In this document: piece by piece, positions 20,204 to 30,396 of the stretch
Numbering within the stretch: position 1 is the first letter of the stretch
Layout of the letters: each line of letters opens with the position of its first letter
DNA from: Candidatus Poribacteria bacterium
GTDB taxonomy: Bacteria; Poribacteria; WGA-4E; UBA9662
NCBI GenBank assembly: GCA_036339735.1
Contig: JAYZAL010000044.1
Span: 1-43,560 of the forward strand
Direction: 5' to 3'
Length of the DNA: 43,560 bases
Translations under genes and position numbers: made by a program
The notes under the pieces: generated by a model
Seen by the model: the letters and a program-made list of their open reading frames with translations, nothing else
What the model was told of the DNA's origin: nothing
Database searches by the model: none

Positions 20204-20914
20204 TTGACTTTGATGAGAACTTGCCTGATACTACCTACTTACAATGAAGATAAAATGATAGTTTCCGTCATCCGGTCTGCTCGTCGGGTTATACCGGATG
20301 TTGTGGTCGTTGACGATGGTTCCACAGACCAAACTGCAGAACGGGTTCGATTACTTCCTCAAAAGGATAAGTCAACTGTTACCTTGTTACAACATAAACA
20401 CAATTTAGGTAAAGGAATGGCACTCAGAACAGGATTTGCCTACGCTTTGTCAAATGGATTCGACATCGTGGTGACCATGGATACTGATGGTCAACATGAT
20501 GTGGCTGATTTACCGAGATTTCTATCTGAATTTCGTCGCCGTTCTCGGAAGAACTCAATCGACATTTTGGTTGGTAGCCGAACATTGTCTGTGCATAATT
20601 CCTCAATGCCTCTTCACCGCCGATTAAACAATTGGCTAGTATCGACTGTTGGCAGTCAATTGTGTGGTCAGAGAGTTCCCGATTTCCAATCTGGATTCCG
20701 TCTGATTCGATCTACAGTACTGAAAAAAGTTAAGCTAGAAACCGTTCGGTATGAAACAGAATCTGAGTTACTGATTAAAGCCGGTTTACTTGGTTTTCGC
20801 ATCCATACTCTACCAATTTCTGTAATTTACGGTGATGAAACCAGCTATATTCGAGCTGGGCGTGAGATATGGTTGTTTACTAAACTATTAATTAGGAGTC
20901 TGCAAAGTATTTGA
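20204..20914 (+). CDS. Glycosyltransferase family 2 (polyprenyl-phosphate glycosyltransferase-like)
   Basis: LPTYNE, VVDDGSTD, NLGKG.A, DxD motif MDTDGQH, DFQSGFR, YETESE. Confidence 0.92.
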   Translation: MTLMRTCLILPTYNEDKMIVSVIRSARRVIPDVVVVDDGSTDQTAERVRLLPQKDKSTVTLLQHKHNLGKGMALRTGFAYALSNGFDIVVTMDTDGQHDVADLPRFLSEFRRRSRKNSIDILVGSRTLSVHNSSMPLHRRLNNWLVSTVGSQLCGQRVPDFQSGFRLIRSTVLKKVKLETVRYETESELLIKAGLLGFRIHTLPISVIYGDETSYIRAGREIWLFTKLLIRSLQSI

Positions 20915-21714
20915 AAATGATCTTGATTACTAATGACGATGGTGTACAGGCACCAGGTATTTTAGCTTTAAAACAGGCATTAGTTGATATAGACCGAGTC
21001 GTTGTAGTGGCCCCAGACCGAGAGCGTAGTTCGATTGGCATGGCGATTACGCTCAATAGCCCGTTACGCCTTAAGCAGGTATCAGATGATGTATATTCCG
21101 TGGATGGGACGCCGGTTGATTGCGTAGATTTAGCGCTAGCGGAGATTTTATCACGGCCACCAAACCTAATAATTTCTGGTATCAACCGTGGCGAGAACTT
21201 GGGTCATGACGTTCATTTTTCAGGAACTTTGGCTGCCGCAAGAAAAGGGGCTTTGCTGAATGTTCCATCTCTTGCCATCTCACAAACTGCTTGGCGAGGA
21301 CCATTACCCCATCAGACCGTCAACAAGCCGGTTCGGTTAGCGATACCTGACACTTTAGAAGGTTACCAATCCTCAGCCCAAATAGCATCCCAATTAGTGA
21401 AAAAAGTTTTGGTTGACGGAATACCAAATAACGTTCTATTAAACGTAAATGTGCCCAATTTGGACTTATCTGAAATCCGAGACATGGTTGTAACACGCCA
21501 AGATCGAGGACTTTATTCTGCTCAAGCAATCAAACGAGAGGATCGGTATGAACGTACTTATTATTGGATTGGTGGTGTTCGCTCAACGGATGATCACGGA
21601 GATGATACAGATATCCACGCTGTTCAAAATAATCGAGTCTCCATTACCCCCATTAAAGTTGACTTAACTGATTATCAGCAAACTGAATCAGTCAAAAACT
21701 GGCTATCTTATTAA
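20911..21714 (+). CDS. surE: 5'/3'-nucleotidase SurE
   Basis: ILITNDDG..APG, VVAPD..RS, DGTPVDCV, SGINRGENLG..V.FSGT, NVNVP, YYWIGG, VSITP. Confidence 0.97.
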   Translation: MKMILITNDDGVQAPGILALKQALVDIDRVVVVAPDRERSSIGMAITLNSPLRLKQVSDDVYSVDGTPVDCVDLALAEILSRPPNLIISGINRGENLGHDVHFSGTLAAARKGALLNVPSLAISQTAWRGPLPHQTVNKPVRLAIPDTLEGYQSSAQIASQLVKKVLVDGIPNNVLLNVNVPNLDLSEIRDMVVTRQDRGLYSAQAIKREDRYERTYYWIGGVRSTDDHGDDTDIHAVQNNRVSITPIKVDLTDYQQTESVKNWLSY

Positions 21715-21803
21715 GAAGGATTGCTTTATTTCGATTAAATCATTATTGCTAAACAGGTTTTTGATATACATGTGCTGACCATCAAATAGGAGTAGAAAAA
21801 GTC

Positions 21804-22613
21804 ATGAAGTACATAATGTTTACCAAACATTTAGAGAGTATGGTTATAGATCAGATTATTGAGGCTCTACTATCAGTAGGTGTAAACGGAGCTGATTTAT
21901 GTGTTCGACCTGGTTATCCAGTTAACCCAGATAATGTATTAAAAGCTTTGCCAGCAGCGGCAAAACAGTTCACACAAAATAATCTTTCTATCCCTTTGGT
22001 TACAGCACCTGGTAATTTCCTGGATCCTATGGTTGACGAGACCGTGCGTGTTTACGAAGCTTGTCAAGAAGCTGGGGTTGAAAATATCAAGATTGGCTAC
22101 TGGAAATGGTCCGTTGGCACCGATTATTGGCAGGAAATCGACCGTCTTCGTGGTGTTTTGGATCAGTTTCAAAAATTATCAAAACGGACAGGTGTTCGTA
22201 CTTGTATCCATAACCATTCAGGGACAACAATGGGCTTAAATGCTTCTGCAGTTATGACTCTCGTTAAAGAATTTGATCCATCTTATGTTGGAGTATTTGC
22301 TGATACAGGACATTTATCGATCGTAGGCGAACCCATCGACATGGCACTTGATATTGTTAAATCTCATTTAGCTGTTATTTCATTCAAAGACTTAGCTCGT
22401 CGTCCTGGTGACCGAGGTGGCACAGTTGTGCACATGGGACATGGCTTCGTTGATTGGGAGGTGACTCTACAGTCCCTTGGTCGGATTGGTTTCACTGGAC
22501 CGATTAGTTTCCACAGCGAGTATGGTGGTGAGCCAGTTTCAACTGTCATTGATCTGGCGCGAATTGATGTCCGATTTATTAACAGGCTGCGAGATAAGCT
22601 TTCGAAGGAATAA
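21804..22613 (+). CDS. Sugar-phosphate isomerase/epimerase, xylose isomerase-like TIM barrel (AP endonuclease 2 family)
   Basis: GADLCVRPG, HNHSG, DTGH, FKD, G.GFVDW, FTGPISFHSEY; AGGAG RBS upstream. Confidence 0.85.
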   Translation: MKYIMFTKHLESMVIDQIIEALLSVGVNGADLCVRPGYPVNPDNVLKALPAAAKQFTQNNLSIPLVTAPGNFLDPMVDETVRVYEACQEAGVENIKIGYWKWSVGTDYWQEIDRLRGVLDQFQKLSKRTGVRTCIHNHSGTTMGLNASAVMTLVKEFDPSYVGVFADTGHLSIVGEPIDMALDIVKSHLAVISFKDLARRPGDRGGTVVHMGHGFVDWEVTLQSLGRIGFTGPISFHSEYGGEPVSTVIDLARIDVRFINRLRDKLSKE

Positions 22614-22630
22614 ATACCATCAATTAAGAT

Positions 22631-23638
22631 ATGAACCCCAACGGTAATAATATTGTCAGTAAGCCAACTGAAGCCTTTTCGATACTGATCTTTGCTCGTT
22701 CAGTTATCGGCGGATTATTGATGGGGTTGGCTAACCTAGTACCCGGTATTAGTGGAGGTACTATGTTATTAGCGGTCGGTATCTATCCACGTTTTATCAA
22801 TGCCATTTCAGATGTCACGACGATGAACTTTCGATTCACGTCTATTTCTATTCTGACTACCGTATCAACCACCGCTGCGTTGGCTATTTTGTTGCTAGCT
22901 GGTTTGGTAAAAGGCCTAGTAGTTAGTCACCGGTGGTTGATGTATAGCTTGTTTATTGGCTTAACTTTGGGTGGTTTGCCTATAGTGTGGAAGATGTTGA
23001 AACTGAAGCAAAAAGCTACATTTGCCTACTGTTTTATTGGATTCTTGTGTATGGCCTTATTGGCTTACTTTCAACAAGCACCAACTAGTGATAGTACGGT
23101 TGGATCTGGGTTTACCATGCTATTCTTAGCTGGTATAGCAGGAGCGAGTGCCATGATTTTACCTGGAATTAGCGGAGGCTATTTACTTTTGGTCCTTGGG
23201 CAGTACGTTCACATTTTATCAGCAATTGATAATTTTAAGTTGGCCCTAAAAACTGGAGATATAGCTTCCGCGATCCAAATCGGATTTTCGGTCGGTTTAC
23301 CAGTTGGTCTTGGTGTCGCTACTGGTATTATTGTGGTCAGCAACTTTCTCCGATTAGTTCTGGACAAATACGAGACAGTTACGCTTGGTGTCTTAACTGG
23401 TTTATTACTCGGTTCAGTAATAGGTCTGTGGCCATTTCAGGAGACCTTCTCTCCTGAAATTGGTAGTATGGTTAAAGGCCAAATTGTCACCGAAACTGTT
23501 CTCACAGAACTGGATGTTGCTGATTACCCTGTACAATACTTTAGACCTACCCTATTTCAAATTGTTTCTTCAACTGGTTGTGTCATTTTGGGTTTTTTTC
23601 TTACTTCGGCTATCGCCAAATTTGGTATTGAAGAGTAG
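22631..23638 (+). CDS. DUF368 family membrane protein (putative undecaprenyl-phosphate translocase)
   Basis: Twice-repeated signature MGLANLVPGISGGT and AMILPGISGG; multiple TM helices; WPF motif. Confidence 0.9.
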   Translation: MNPNGNNIVSKPTEAFSILIFARSVIGGLLMGLANLVPGISGGTMLLAVGIYPRFINAISDVTTMNFRFTSISILTTVSTTAALAILLLAGLVKGLVVSHRWLMYSLFIGLTLGGLPIVWKMLKLKQKATFAYCFIGFLCMALLAYFQQAPTSDSTVGSGFTMLFLAGIAGASAMILPGISGGYLLLVLGQYVHILSAIDNFKLALKTGDIASAIQIGFSVGLPVGLGVATGIIVVSNFLRLVLDKYETVTLGVLTGLLLGSVIGLWPFQETFSPEIGSMVKGQIVTETVLTELDVADYPVQYFRPTLFQIVSSTGCVILGFFLTSAIAKFGIEE

Positions 23639-23661
23639 TGAGTTTGGTTATCTTGATTCCA

Positions 23662-24384
23662 CTACTTCTCGCTGTATTCTTCACCACGAAAAGCAGATCT
23701 TACTTCAACACGGTTATTAGATTTCATAATTTTCTCTTGTAATTCTCCTTCTTCTTTTACTAACTGTTGTACATTCTCTAACACTTCAGCCATGCGACTA
23801 GCGGGAAACTTGACTGCACCATTTTCGTCCATATGAATAATTTCTCCTGGTGCAACGTCCATACCACAGATTGACACAGGAACATTAACTGCGTGGACTG
23901 CTTGCTCTCCATGCCCCGGCGTAATACCAGTTATCATGTACTGAAACTTCATCGGTCGAATTTCGTCGATATCTCGTGATGGACCATTGGAAATACATCC
24001 TAAACAGCCCAAAGTCTTCATCGCTGAAGTCATATTTCCTCCAGCTAAACCTATTTTTCCTGCTATCTCTGGGGGGAAGTTCTGTTGTAAAGCCAAAATA
24101 GTTGGCCGAGGAGACTCATCTAGTGCATCGACTACATCCATAAACGACAATCGGTTGAAACTAGGGTCAGGTAGACCGTAGATGCAAGTTACCGCGTAAC
24201 CAACTTTAGGTCCGAGGTCTGGGTACATACACTTAATCCGCTGATCAGTATACCAATTAACGGTCCATGGGTTATATAAACCTAAACATAACGGACTGTT
24301 TGGGTAGGTAGCAACAACATTAGTGATTGAAGGAGTATCATACTTTTCCAATTCTTTCAATATTTCTTGATTAGTCATGACCAA
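23662..24384 (-). CDS. RraA/HMG-aldolase family protein
   Basis: DTPSITN, VGYAVT, GGNM, G.ISNG..RD..EI, VPVSICGM.VAPGEIIH.DENG.V. Confidence 0.85.
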   Translation of the reverse strand: MVMTNQEILKELEKYDTPSITNVVATYPNSPLCLGLYNPWTVNWYTDQRIKCMYPDLGPKVGYAVTCIYGLPDPSFNRLSFMDVVDALDESPRPTILALQQNFPPEIAGKIGLAGGNMTSAMKTLGCLGCISNGPSRDIDEIRPMKFQYMITGITPGHGEQAVHAVNVPVSICGMDVAPGEIIHMDENGAVKFPASRMAEVLENVQQLVKEEGELQEKIMKSNNRVEVRSAFRGEEYSEK

Positions 24385-24537
24385 ATTTCATGTGAAAAAG
24401 AGCAAATTATTAACTGATGCTAGCTTAACAGAATAACGACCGTTTTCCAAGCCGATACTTATAAAGGCAAAACCGGGAAGACATGATACACTAATTCAGT
24501 GATTGTTTATCATTATTGATACTACAGACGGAGATTT

Positions 24538-25380
24538 ATGGTGGAACAGCATCATATCCAATACGAAATATTAAATACACATAGTACAAATACTGAAACT
24601 GGCCGTTTCTGGAACATTGACGTTCATGCTACCCCAGAAGAATTGAAAAAATTTGATCAGACAGGAATGCTATTTCGAAAGAAATTATTTCAGGGGCAGG
24701 CTTTAAGTCGTTTGCAATTCGCTCTCGACCAATTGGAAGAACGAGAGAGCCAAGATAAAGATCGTGCGCTGTCCAGTAAAAATGGATGGGGGTTTATCCC
24801 TCGCCATTTAATGGATAAAGACCAAGCTTTTTTAGATCTACTAAAATTTCAACCTTTGTTGTCGATTGCTCGTGCTATGATGGGTCCGTTGGTGCGTTTG
24901 CGCGGATTAAGTGCTAGAATTGCTTATCCGGGTGAAGATCGACTTCAACAAGCACCCTGGCATAGACATTTACGAGTAATTTCTAAGCCTTTGCCCGTTT
25001 GGTTTTCTCATCCACACTGTATTGATTGTTTGATTTACCTGGACGATCTTAATGATGATACGGGCCAAGTTATCGTTGTTCCAGGATCACATAAATGGAT
25101 GGATCGTGAGCCTCCAGATGTGAGCGACGAATGGGTTGAAGGACAGGTCGAATTAGACATCCAAGCTGGAGGCGTTTTGTTAATTCATGGGAATCTGTGG
25201 CATCGCACCCAGCCTACCCGAAAGACCAAGCGCCGAATTTTGATCTTGAGCTACACACCAACTTGGCTACGGGAATCTCCGCATGGAGGTACAAAGCCGG
25301 AGAGTGGATTGACAAACTCTTTTTTGCAACAGGCAGATTTCGAAGAACGAATGTTACTTGGTATTGGTGGCTATTCGTAA
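24538..25380 (+). CDS. PhyH family Fe(II)/2-oxoglutarate dioxygenase-like protein
   Basis: WH motif, IYLDD...G...VPGSH, AGGVLLIHGNLWH, RR..ILSY; GGAG RBS. Confidence 0.88.
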   Translation: MVEQHHIQYEILNTHSTNTETGRFWNIDVHATPEELKKFDQTGMLFRKKLFQGQALSRLQFALDQLEERESQDKDRALSSKNGWGFIPRHLMDKDQAFLDLLKFQPLLSIARAMMGPLVRLRGLSARIAYPGEDRLQQAPWHRHLRVISKPLPVWFSHPHCIDCLIYLDDLNDDTGQVIVVPGSHKWMDREPPDVSDEWVEGQVELDIQAGGVLLIHGNLWHRTQPTRKTKRRILILSYTPTWLRESPHGGTKPESGLTNSFLQQADFEERMLLGIGGYS

Positions 25381-25390
25381 AGCTAATTAT

Positions 25391-26656
25391 TTAAATTGGG
25401 CGATCATAAATTAGTTTGTTAGTTGCGTAGGGGTCTAGAATAGTGATTCCATCCCTACCAAACTTAGCAGTAACGGGCGTGCCTAAATTTTGATTCAAAT
25501 AGCTAAAATTAGCATCTCTCACAATTCTAGCGGCTTCAATCAAGGCGACTGAAAGTCTTCCATCTTCTGGGGTAGGAAAGGTTGAATGTAGTTCAACCAG
25601 AGGTGTTTGATAAAATTTTCGACGCAAGATAGCTAATACACAAGCAATAAGGCTATCTTTACCATAACCAACGTAGGACTTTGATTTATCGGGCCTTAGT
25701 ATATCTCGCGTGAAGTGTGTATTACTAGTTCGAGTACCTCCATTCTCCAAGGTATATCGAAGCCCTCGATATTGTGAGTCAGACTCAACTTTCCCATTAG
25801 TAAGCAAAAGTTCAGATTCTTGGTTAACAGGACCTTCAAAATCAGATGGCATAATCCAGTTATTAATAAACTGAACATGCATTTTGTTATCAAAAACTAC
25901 GCTAACTTGCACAGCATCATAAGCATCAATGCCGTACTGCTGGCATAATTTCATCTTTTGGCCAACAGCAAATAAAGAAGCTGGCTTCGTTTTTAGGTAA
26001 TGAATAAATAGATCCGTCCAGTGAACACCAACATAACTAAAAGGGTCGCTCTTGCTTGCCCATTTGAAGGTTGTTGTTGAAACTTCCAAGGGTTCTTCCA
26101 GAACGGCTCTACCATATATAGGACTTCCCATCTGATGAACTAAGTCGTGAAAAATTTTGCAATGATCCGGATCATACCGCTTGTGCATATCCAATCCAAC
26201 CACCAATTCCCGTTCATTTGCTAGTTCGATAATCTTATCAGCTTCTGTCATTTGCAAAGTCATTGGTTTTTCTAAAATCACATGTATGTCATTTGTCAAA
26301 GCATGCCAAGTTGGTTCAAAGTGCAGATGGTCAGGCGTTGCTACGGCTAGGAAGTCCAAGTCTGGGTACTGACCTATCATTTCCACCCAAGGTGTGGGTC
26401 CATGGAAGTAGTCAACGGCATTTCCTGTCAATGACAGATAATGGTTTTTTGCTCGAATTGCAGAAGATTCTGTTCTAGAAGATAGAGCTATTAATTGAAA
26501 TTCAACATCTGCAAGTGCAGGAGAAAAATGGTCGAAACCAATACGACCCAACCAAGGCGAAATTCCACTTCGCTCTAAATCCGCATAAGTCCGTAAATGT
26601 ACATCACCGCCGAACATTCCCACACCAACTAAACCGATTTTAATATTTCGTTTCAT
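25391..26656 (-). CDS. Gfo/Idh/MocA family oxidoreductase
   Basis: IGLVGVGMFG Rossmann fold, VATPDHLH, EKPM, HKRYDP, GVHWTD. Confidence 0.88.
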   Translation of the reverse strand: MKRNIKIGLVGVGMFGGDVHLRTYADLERSGISPWLGRIGFDHFSPALADVEFQLIALSSRTESSAIRAKNHYLSLTGNAVDYFHGPTPWVEMIGQYPDLDFLAVATPDHLHFEPTWHALTNDIHVILEKPMTLQMTEADKIIELANERELVVGLDMHKRYDPDHCKIFHDLVHQMGSPIYGRAVLEEPLEVSTTTFKWASKSDPFSYVGVHWTDLFIHYLKTKPASLFAVGQKMKLCQQYGIDAYDAVQVSVVFDNKMHVQFINNWIMPSDFEGPVNQESELLLTNGKVESDSQYRGLRYTLENGGTRTSNTHFTRDILRPDKSKSYVGYGKDSLIACVLAILRRKFYQTPLVELHSTFPTPEDGRLSVALIEAARIVRDANFSYLNQNLGTPVTAKFGRDGITILDPYATNKLIYDRPI

Positions 26657-26669
26657 AGTTTAATTCTTC

Positions 26670-27533
26670 TTATTTCTTCAGACTAAGTTGGTCTAACACA
26701 CGATTAATTTTTTTCTCATTCATCAATGTATTATATCGAACAACGGCTTTGACTGCATTTTGGCGATTCCCATTATAGTATCGCCAGAGTATCGAACTCC
26801 CTAAAAGTATAGCTGACTGTCTTCGGCCAGAGCTAAACAAATGGCCCATATATGAAGCAATAACCCCGTTTAACAGAAAAGAATTAATTCCGTCAGCCCA
26901 TTCACCCGCATAGAGTTGCCCCAGACCTGGACAAAATGTAGATAACCACTTCGCTATACTAGCCGATTTGTTTACATCTTTTTTACCAGACTCATCTAGT
27001 AAAGTAATCACTTCTAGAGAAACCAAATCACTGGCCAAAAAGGCAGCTTTCGCCACTTTCCAGTTTTGTCTGTATAGTTCGGAAATTCCTAGGAAAAAGT
27101 AAATTCGAGCTCGATCAGCTGAGTTAACATTTGCGGATGTTTGATCTAGTGGAGTTAATACTTGATCACACACAATTACAGCACGATCGGTTTGGTTTTC
27201 AGCAATCAAGACTGGAATTAACTGAAGACCAATTTGTAATTTTTGTGCTACGTCACTGGTTCGTTGGAAAGTCCCCTGAAGTAAATCTATAGCGGACTCA
27301 AAGTCAGCTAATTGAATAAAAACCTTTCCCATTTGAAGATTAACAAGTGATTTTTGTGGGTGATCAGGATGAAAAAATAGGAACCGCTTGTATTCAGTAA
27401 TCGCTTGATCATAATCTCCATCGAGGCAATACTTTGTTGCTTTTTGAATTGCCGGATTTTCTGATATGTTGGCTAAACTAATTGTGGTAATCAACCAACA
27501 GATACACAGAATGCTATTTTTTGATGCTATCAT
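26670..27533 (-). CDS. Exported TPR protein with C-terminal PGLGQLY membrane motif
   Basis: Hydrophobic N-terminus; TPR-like helices (DYDQAITEYKRFLFFHP, FESAIDLL, NWKVAKAAF); LSTFCPGLGQLYAG plus hydrophobic tail. Confidence 0.7.
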   Translation of the reverse strand: MIASKNSILCICWLITTISLANISENPAIQKATKYCLDGDYDQAITEYKRFLFFHPDHPQKSLVNLQMGKVFIQLADFESAIDLLQGTFQRTSDVAQKLQIGLQLIPVLIAENQTDRAVIVCDQVLTPLDQTSANVNSADRARIYFFLGISELYRQNWKVAKAAFLASDLVSLEVITLLDESGKKDVNKSASIAKWLSTFCPGLGQLYAGEWADGINSFLLNGVIASYMGHLFSSGRRQSAILLGSSILWRYYNGNRQNAVKAVVRYNTLMNEKKINRVLDQLSLKK

Positions 27534-27545
27534 TAAACAAACATC

Positions 27546-28751
27546 TCAAGTACTGCTTGTATGATATCGAAAAGGTGGGGGGAAATTTCCCACACCAAAC
27601 ATCATATCCGAATAGACACCTGGCGGTACGTTGAGTGGATCTTTCATTTTATAATGTTCAACTAAATCCATATCTAGTTCTATTCCTAATCCTGGTGCTG
27701 AAGTTAGATTTAACCTACCATCTTTAATATTCAGTGGTTCAGTCAGCAGATTTTCGACGAATGGATTGGCCATTTGGTCAATTTCTACAGTAATTCCATT
27801 GGGCATGGCTGCAATTACGTGAGCATTAGAAACGATAGCAATAGCATCGCTCCAAGAATGTGTCGCGACACCAAGGCCGTATTCGTGAGCCATTTTGGCT
27901 ATGTCCCAGGTAGTACTAATTCCACCACAACGAGCCGTATCAGGTTGTACAATATCAACTGCATTGGCCTGAATTAACTCCCTAAAGCCTGACAATCCAA
28001 ATTCATTTTCGCCAGCAGCAATAGCAACATTGGTATTTTGTTTCAGAGTAGCATATGCCTCCAAGTCATCCGGTGTGAATGGTTCTTCATACCAAAATAC
28101 ACCTTGCTCTTTGAAAAAGTATCCCATCCGTTGTGCTAAGTCGGGCCAATAGCGCATGGAAGCATCGACCATGATATCAAAATCAAAACCGATCGCTTTA
28201 CGAACAGCCTGTACGGCTTCCTTATCGTAATCTTCACTCCTGGCTAACCTCATTTTAACCCGATGGTATCCCTTTTCAATATAACTAATAGCCTCTTCAG
28301 CTAATTCCGTTGTTTCCTTCCATAACAAGCCACTTGCGTAAGCATCGCAAGAAGGACTATCACCACCCAAAATCTGCCAAATAGGTAGGCCTTTGATTTT
28401 TCCACGTAAATCCCACAAAGCGGTATCAACACCACCCAGTGTCGTCACAGCTGCGCCTTTACGACCGTACCAAAGCGTCGTTCCATACATTCGGTCCCAT
28501 AAATCATCAATATCTGTGGGATCTTGTCCCTTTAGTAATGGTTCTAATTGATCGCGAACAATCAAATAAGCCAGTGAAGGGTGAGTATAAGCTGAACCAA
28601 TGCCGGTTAATCCGCTATCAGTGGAAACGGTAATCAATGTTGTTACGCGGTGAGTACAGATACCACCACCATAACGAAAGCGTTGGTTGGGTAAATATTC
28701 ATAAGATAAATTAATGGCATCCACAGACGTAATTTTCATGAGTATAATCAA
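27546..28751 (-). CDS. Mandelate racemase/muconate lactonizing enzyme family (enolase superfamily)
   Basis: TDSGLTGIG, GVDTALWDLRGK..GLP..QILGG, KxR, DAS, EEP, GENE, QPD..RCGGI, H, PGLGIE. Start may be ATG at 28739. Confidence 0.93.
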   Translation of the reverse strand: MIILMKITSVDAINLSYEYLPNQRFRYGGGICTHRVTTLITVSTDSGLTGIGSAYTHPSLAYLIVRDQLEPLLKGQDPTDIDDLWDRMYGTTLWYGRKGAAVTTLGGVDTALWDLRGKIKGLPIWQILGGDSPSCDAYASGLLWKETTELAEEAISYIEKGYHRVKMRLARSEDYDKEAVQAVRKAIGFDFDIMVDASMRYWPDLAQRMGYFFKEQGVFWYEEPFTPDDLEAYATLKQNTNVAIAAGENEFGLSGFRELIQANAVDIVQPDTARCGGISTTWDIAKMAHEYGLGVATHSWSDAIAIVSNAHVIAAMPNGITVEIDQMANPFVENLLTEPLNIKDGRLNLTSAPGLGIELDMDLVEHYKMKDPLNVPPGVYSDMMFGVGNFPPPFRYHTSST

Positions 28752-29090
28752 ATTCCTTTATGTGATTTCCCGCTCAGCACATGAGTATTCTGCCATATTT
28801 CATATGTATTCGGCAATTCATGTGGGCAATTCTACTATTTTGTAAATCAAACCTGTTTAGCTAAACCAACACAAAAATTTGACTTTAGGCCTTTTTACAC
28901 TAGTGGCTAGAATTCAGTTTTGAAAAAATAGCAATGAGAGATATGAACAATAAGAGTAAATTAAGGATTATTTAAACGCTGTAAAGAGCTTCTATGACGG
29001 GAAAATGGATCTTGGTTTACAAATCAGTACTAGCCAAACAGCAAAATTTTTACTGTTAAGCTTCTTAAACTACAACGGAAGGTAAAAAGG

Positions 29091-29303
29091 ATACAGACAG
29101 AAGATATTAGGCAATATTTAAAATTAATCAACGGTTGATGGGTTAATTGGGTGCAAACAGTTGATACATTGAAGTCCGGTAAGCCAACTAACGAAATTAG
29201 GGGAATTGCCATCGGTTGAATGGGTTATACATGGGGTCTTCAAAAAGCTTCGGGTTTAATGTTTATTACCCACGAACCAACCGGTCATGATGATTGGATT
29301 TGA
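29091..29303 (+). pseudogene. Degraded 5' remnant of a Nif3/YbgI-like dinuclear metal protein
   Basis: One frame reads IQTEDIRQYLKLING*WVNWVQTVDTLKSGKPTNEIRGIAIG*MGYTWGLQKASGLMFITHEPT; TVDT.K.G.P..E..GIA and ITHEP are Nif3-family hallmarks. In-frame TGA at 29136 and 29217; ATA where a start is expected. Confidence 0.75.
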
Positions 29304-30396
29304 ATACATCTGTTGTCTTTCAACAAAACTAAACAAATGGACCATGATATTTTCGAGAGAACCTTAGCTGTTATCGAGCATTAATATTGCCGGTTTCTTT
29401 TGTGAAGAGATTGGCTTGGCATTATTTCCGGTTTTTTTGTTTGCTCCTAATTGCCGTCCACTAATGCCAAATGTTTCTCACAATCAATTGAATTCAGGTG
29501 TGTAGTTGATGCTGAAGAACTGTGTAAAGTAGCAATTGGATATGAGCGACAAACGTCGAGAGATTTTTCGTTACTATCTTTTTACATTTTACTTTTGGAC
29601 AGAAAGTTAGGAGGGGTAATTTACGAAATTAACTCGAAGTTTGGTAGATGTTCCATTTGGTACCCTCTTTCGGTTAGAAATATGACAGCCCTACTATAGT
29701 CTGACTTAAAAAAATACAATAACCCGAAGCCGATAGTAGTAAAAGAATAGAAAAAAGAATATCCTCTTTGTTGTACATTTTAATCCAACACAGATGTTAA
29801 TTTTTGCCATAAAGATTTAGTTCTCATTTCTATTAGTTTCTGGTTTTCCTTCTTTTTGAGGAAGGTGAAAATCCATATCGTCATTATGACCATTACTCAA
29901 ACTCTGTTTTCAGTTTTTTCCAGAATGAACGCGCTTTCATTTCGATTCTATCTCGACGTCCTAGACTGACTTTGATCGACAGCCTAATATTTTTCACAGG
30001 TCGTGCTCCAGCTGGATCTTTCTTCCTACTAGCTCCTATTTCAGTTTGATATTACGCTTGTCCCCTACCGGTCGTTTCACGTACTCTAAATTTCAACTTT
30101 TTCTAAACTCATAGCTCTGAAAAAATTGCACATTTGAGAAACTCACAGGAGTGTTTCGTGGAATAAAAGATAGTAAATACTTCTGTTGTTTGAAGAAAAA
30201 CTGACATCGGTATTTGAATAAGATGTACTGTTCGAGATAAAAATTTTGGAATTTTTCTGTATTATTTAGACTTTTCGGTGACAAATTTAGTTCACCACCT
30301 ATAGTGGAGTGTAAGAACATCTTTTATTTACTAGTAATTCTTTCCATGTGATAAAAGAATCATAAATTGTTTGGAATGAATAAATATATAGTGCTT

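Noticed and set aside
24460..24490. AAAGGCAAAACCGGGAAG resembling the start of a c-di-GMP-I riboswitch
   Set aside because: The downstream GNRA stem and GACGCAAAG elements are absent.
29091..29303. TGA recoding (Trp, Gly or Sec) as an explanation of the in-frame stops
   Set aside because: Intact genes in the window (sulfatase, yidC, rnpA, tyrS) end in TGA and none need readthrough; the remnant is also truncated and lacks a proper start.
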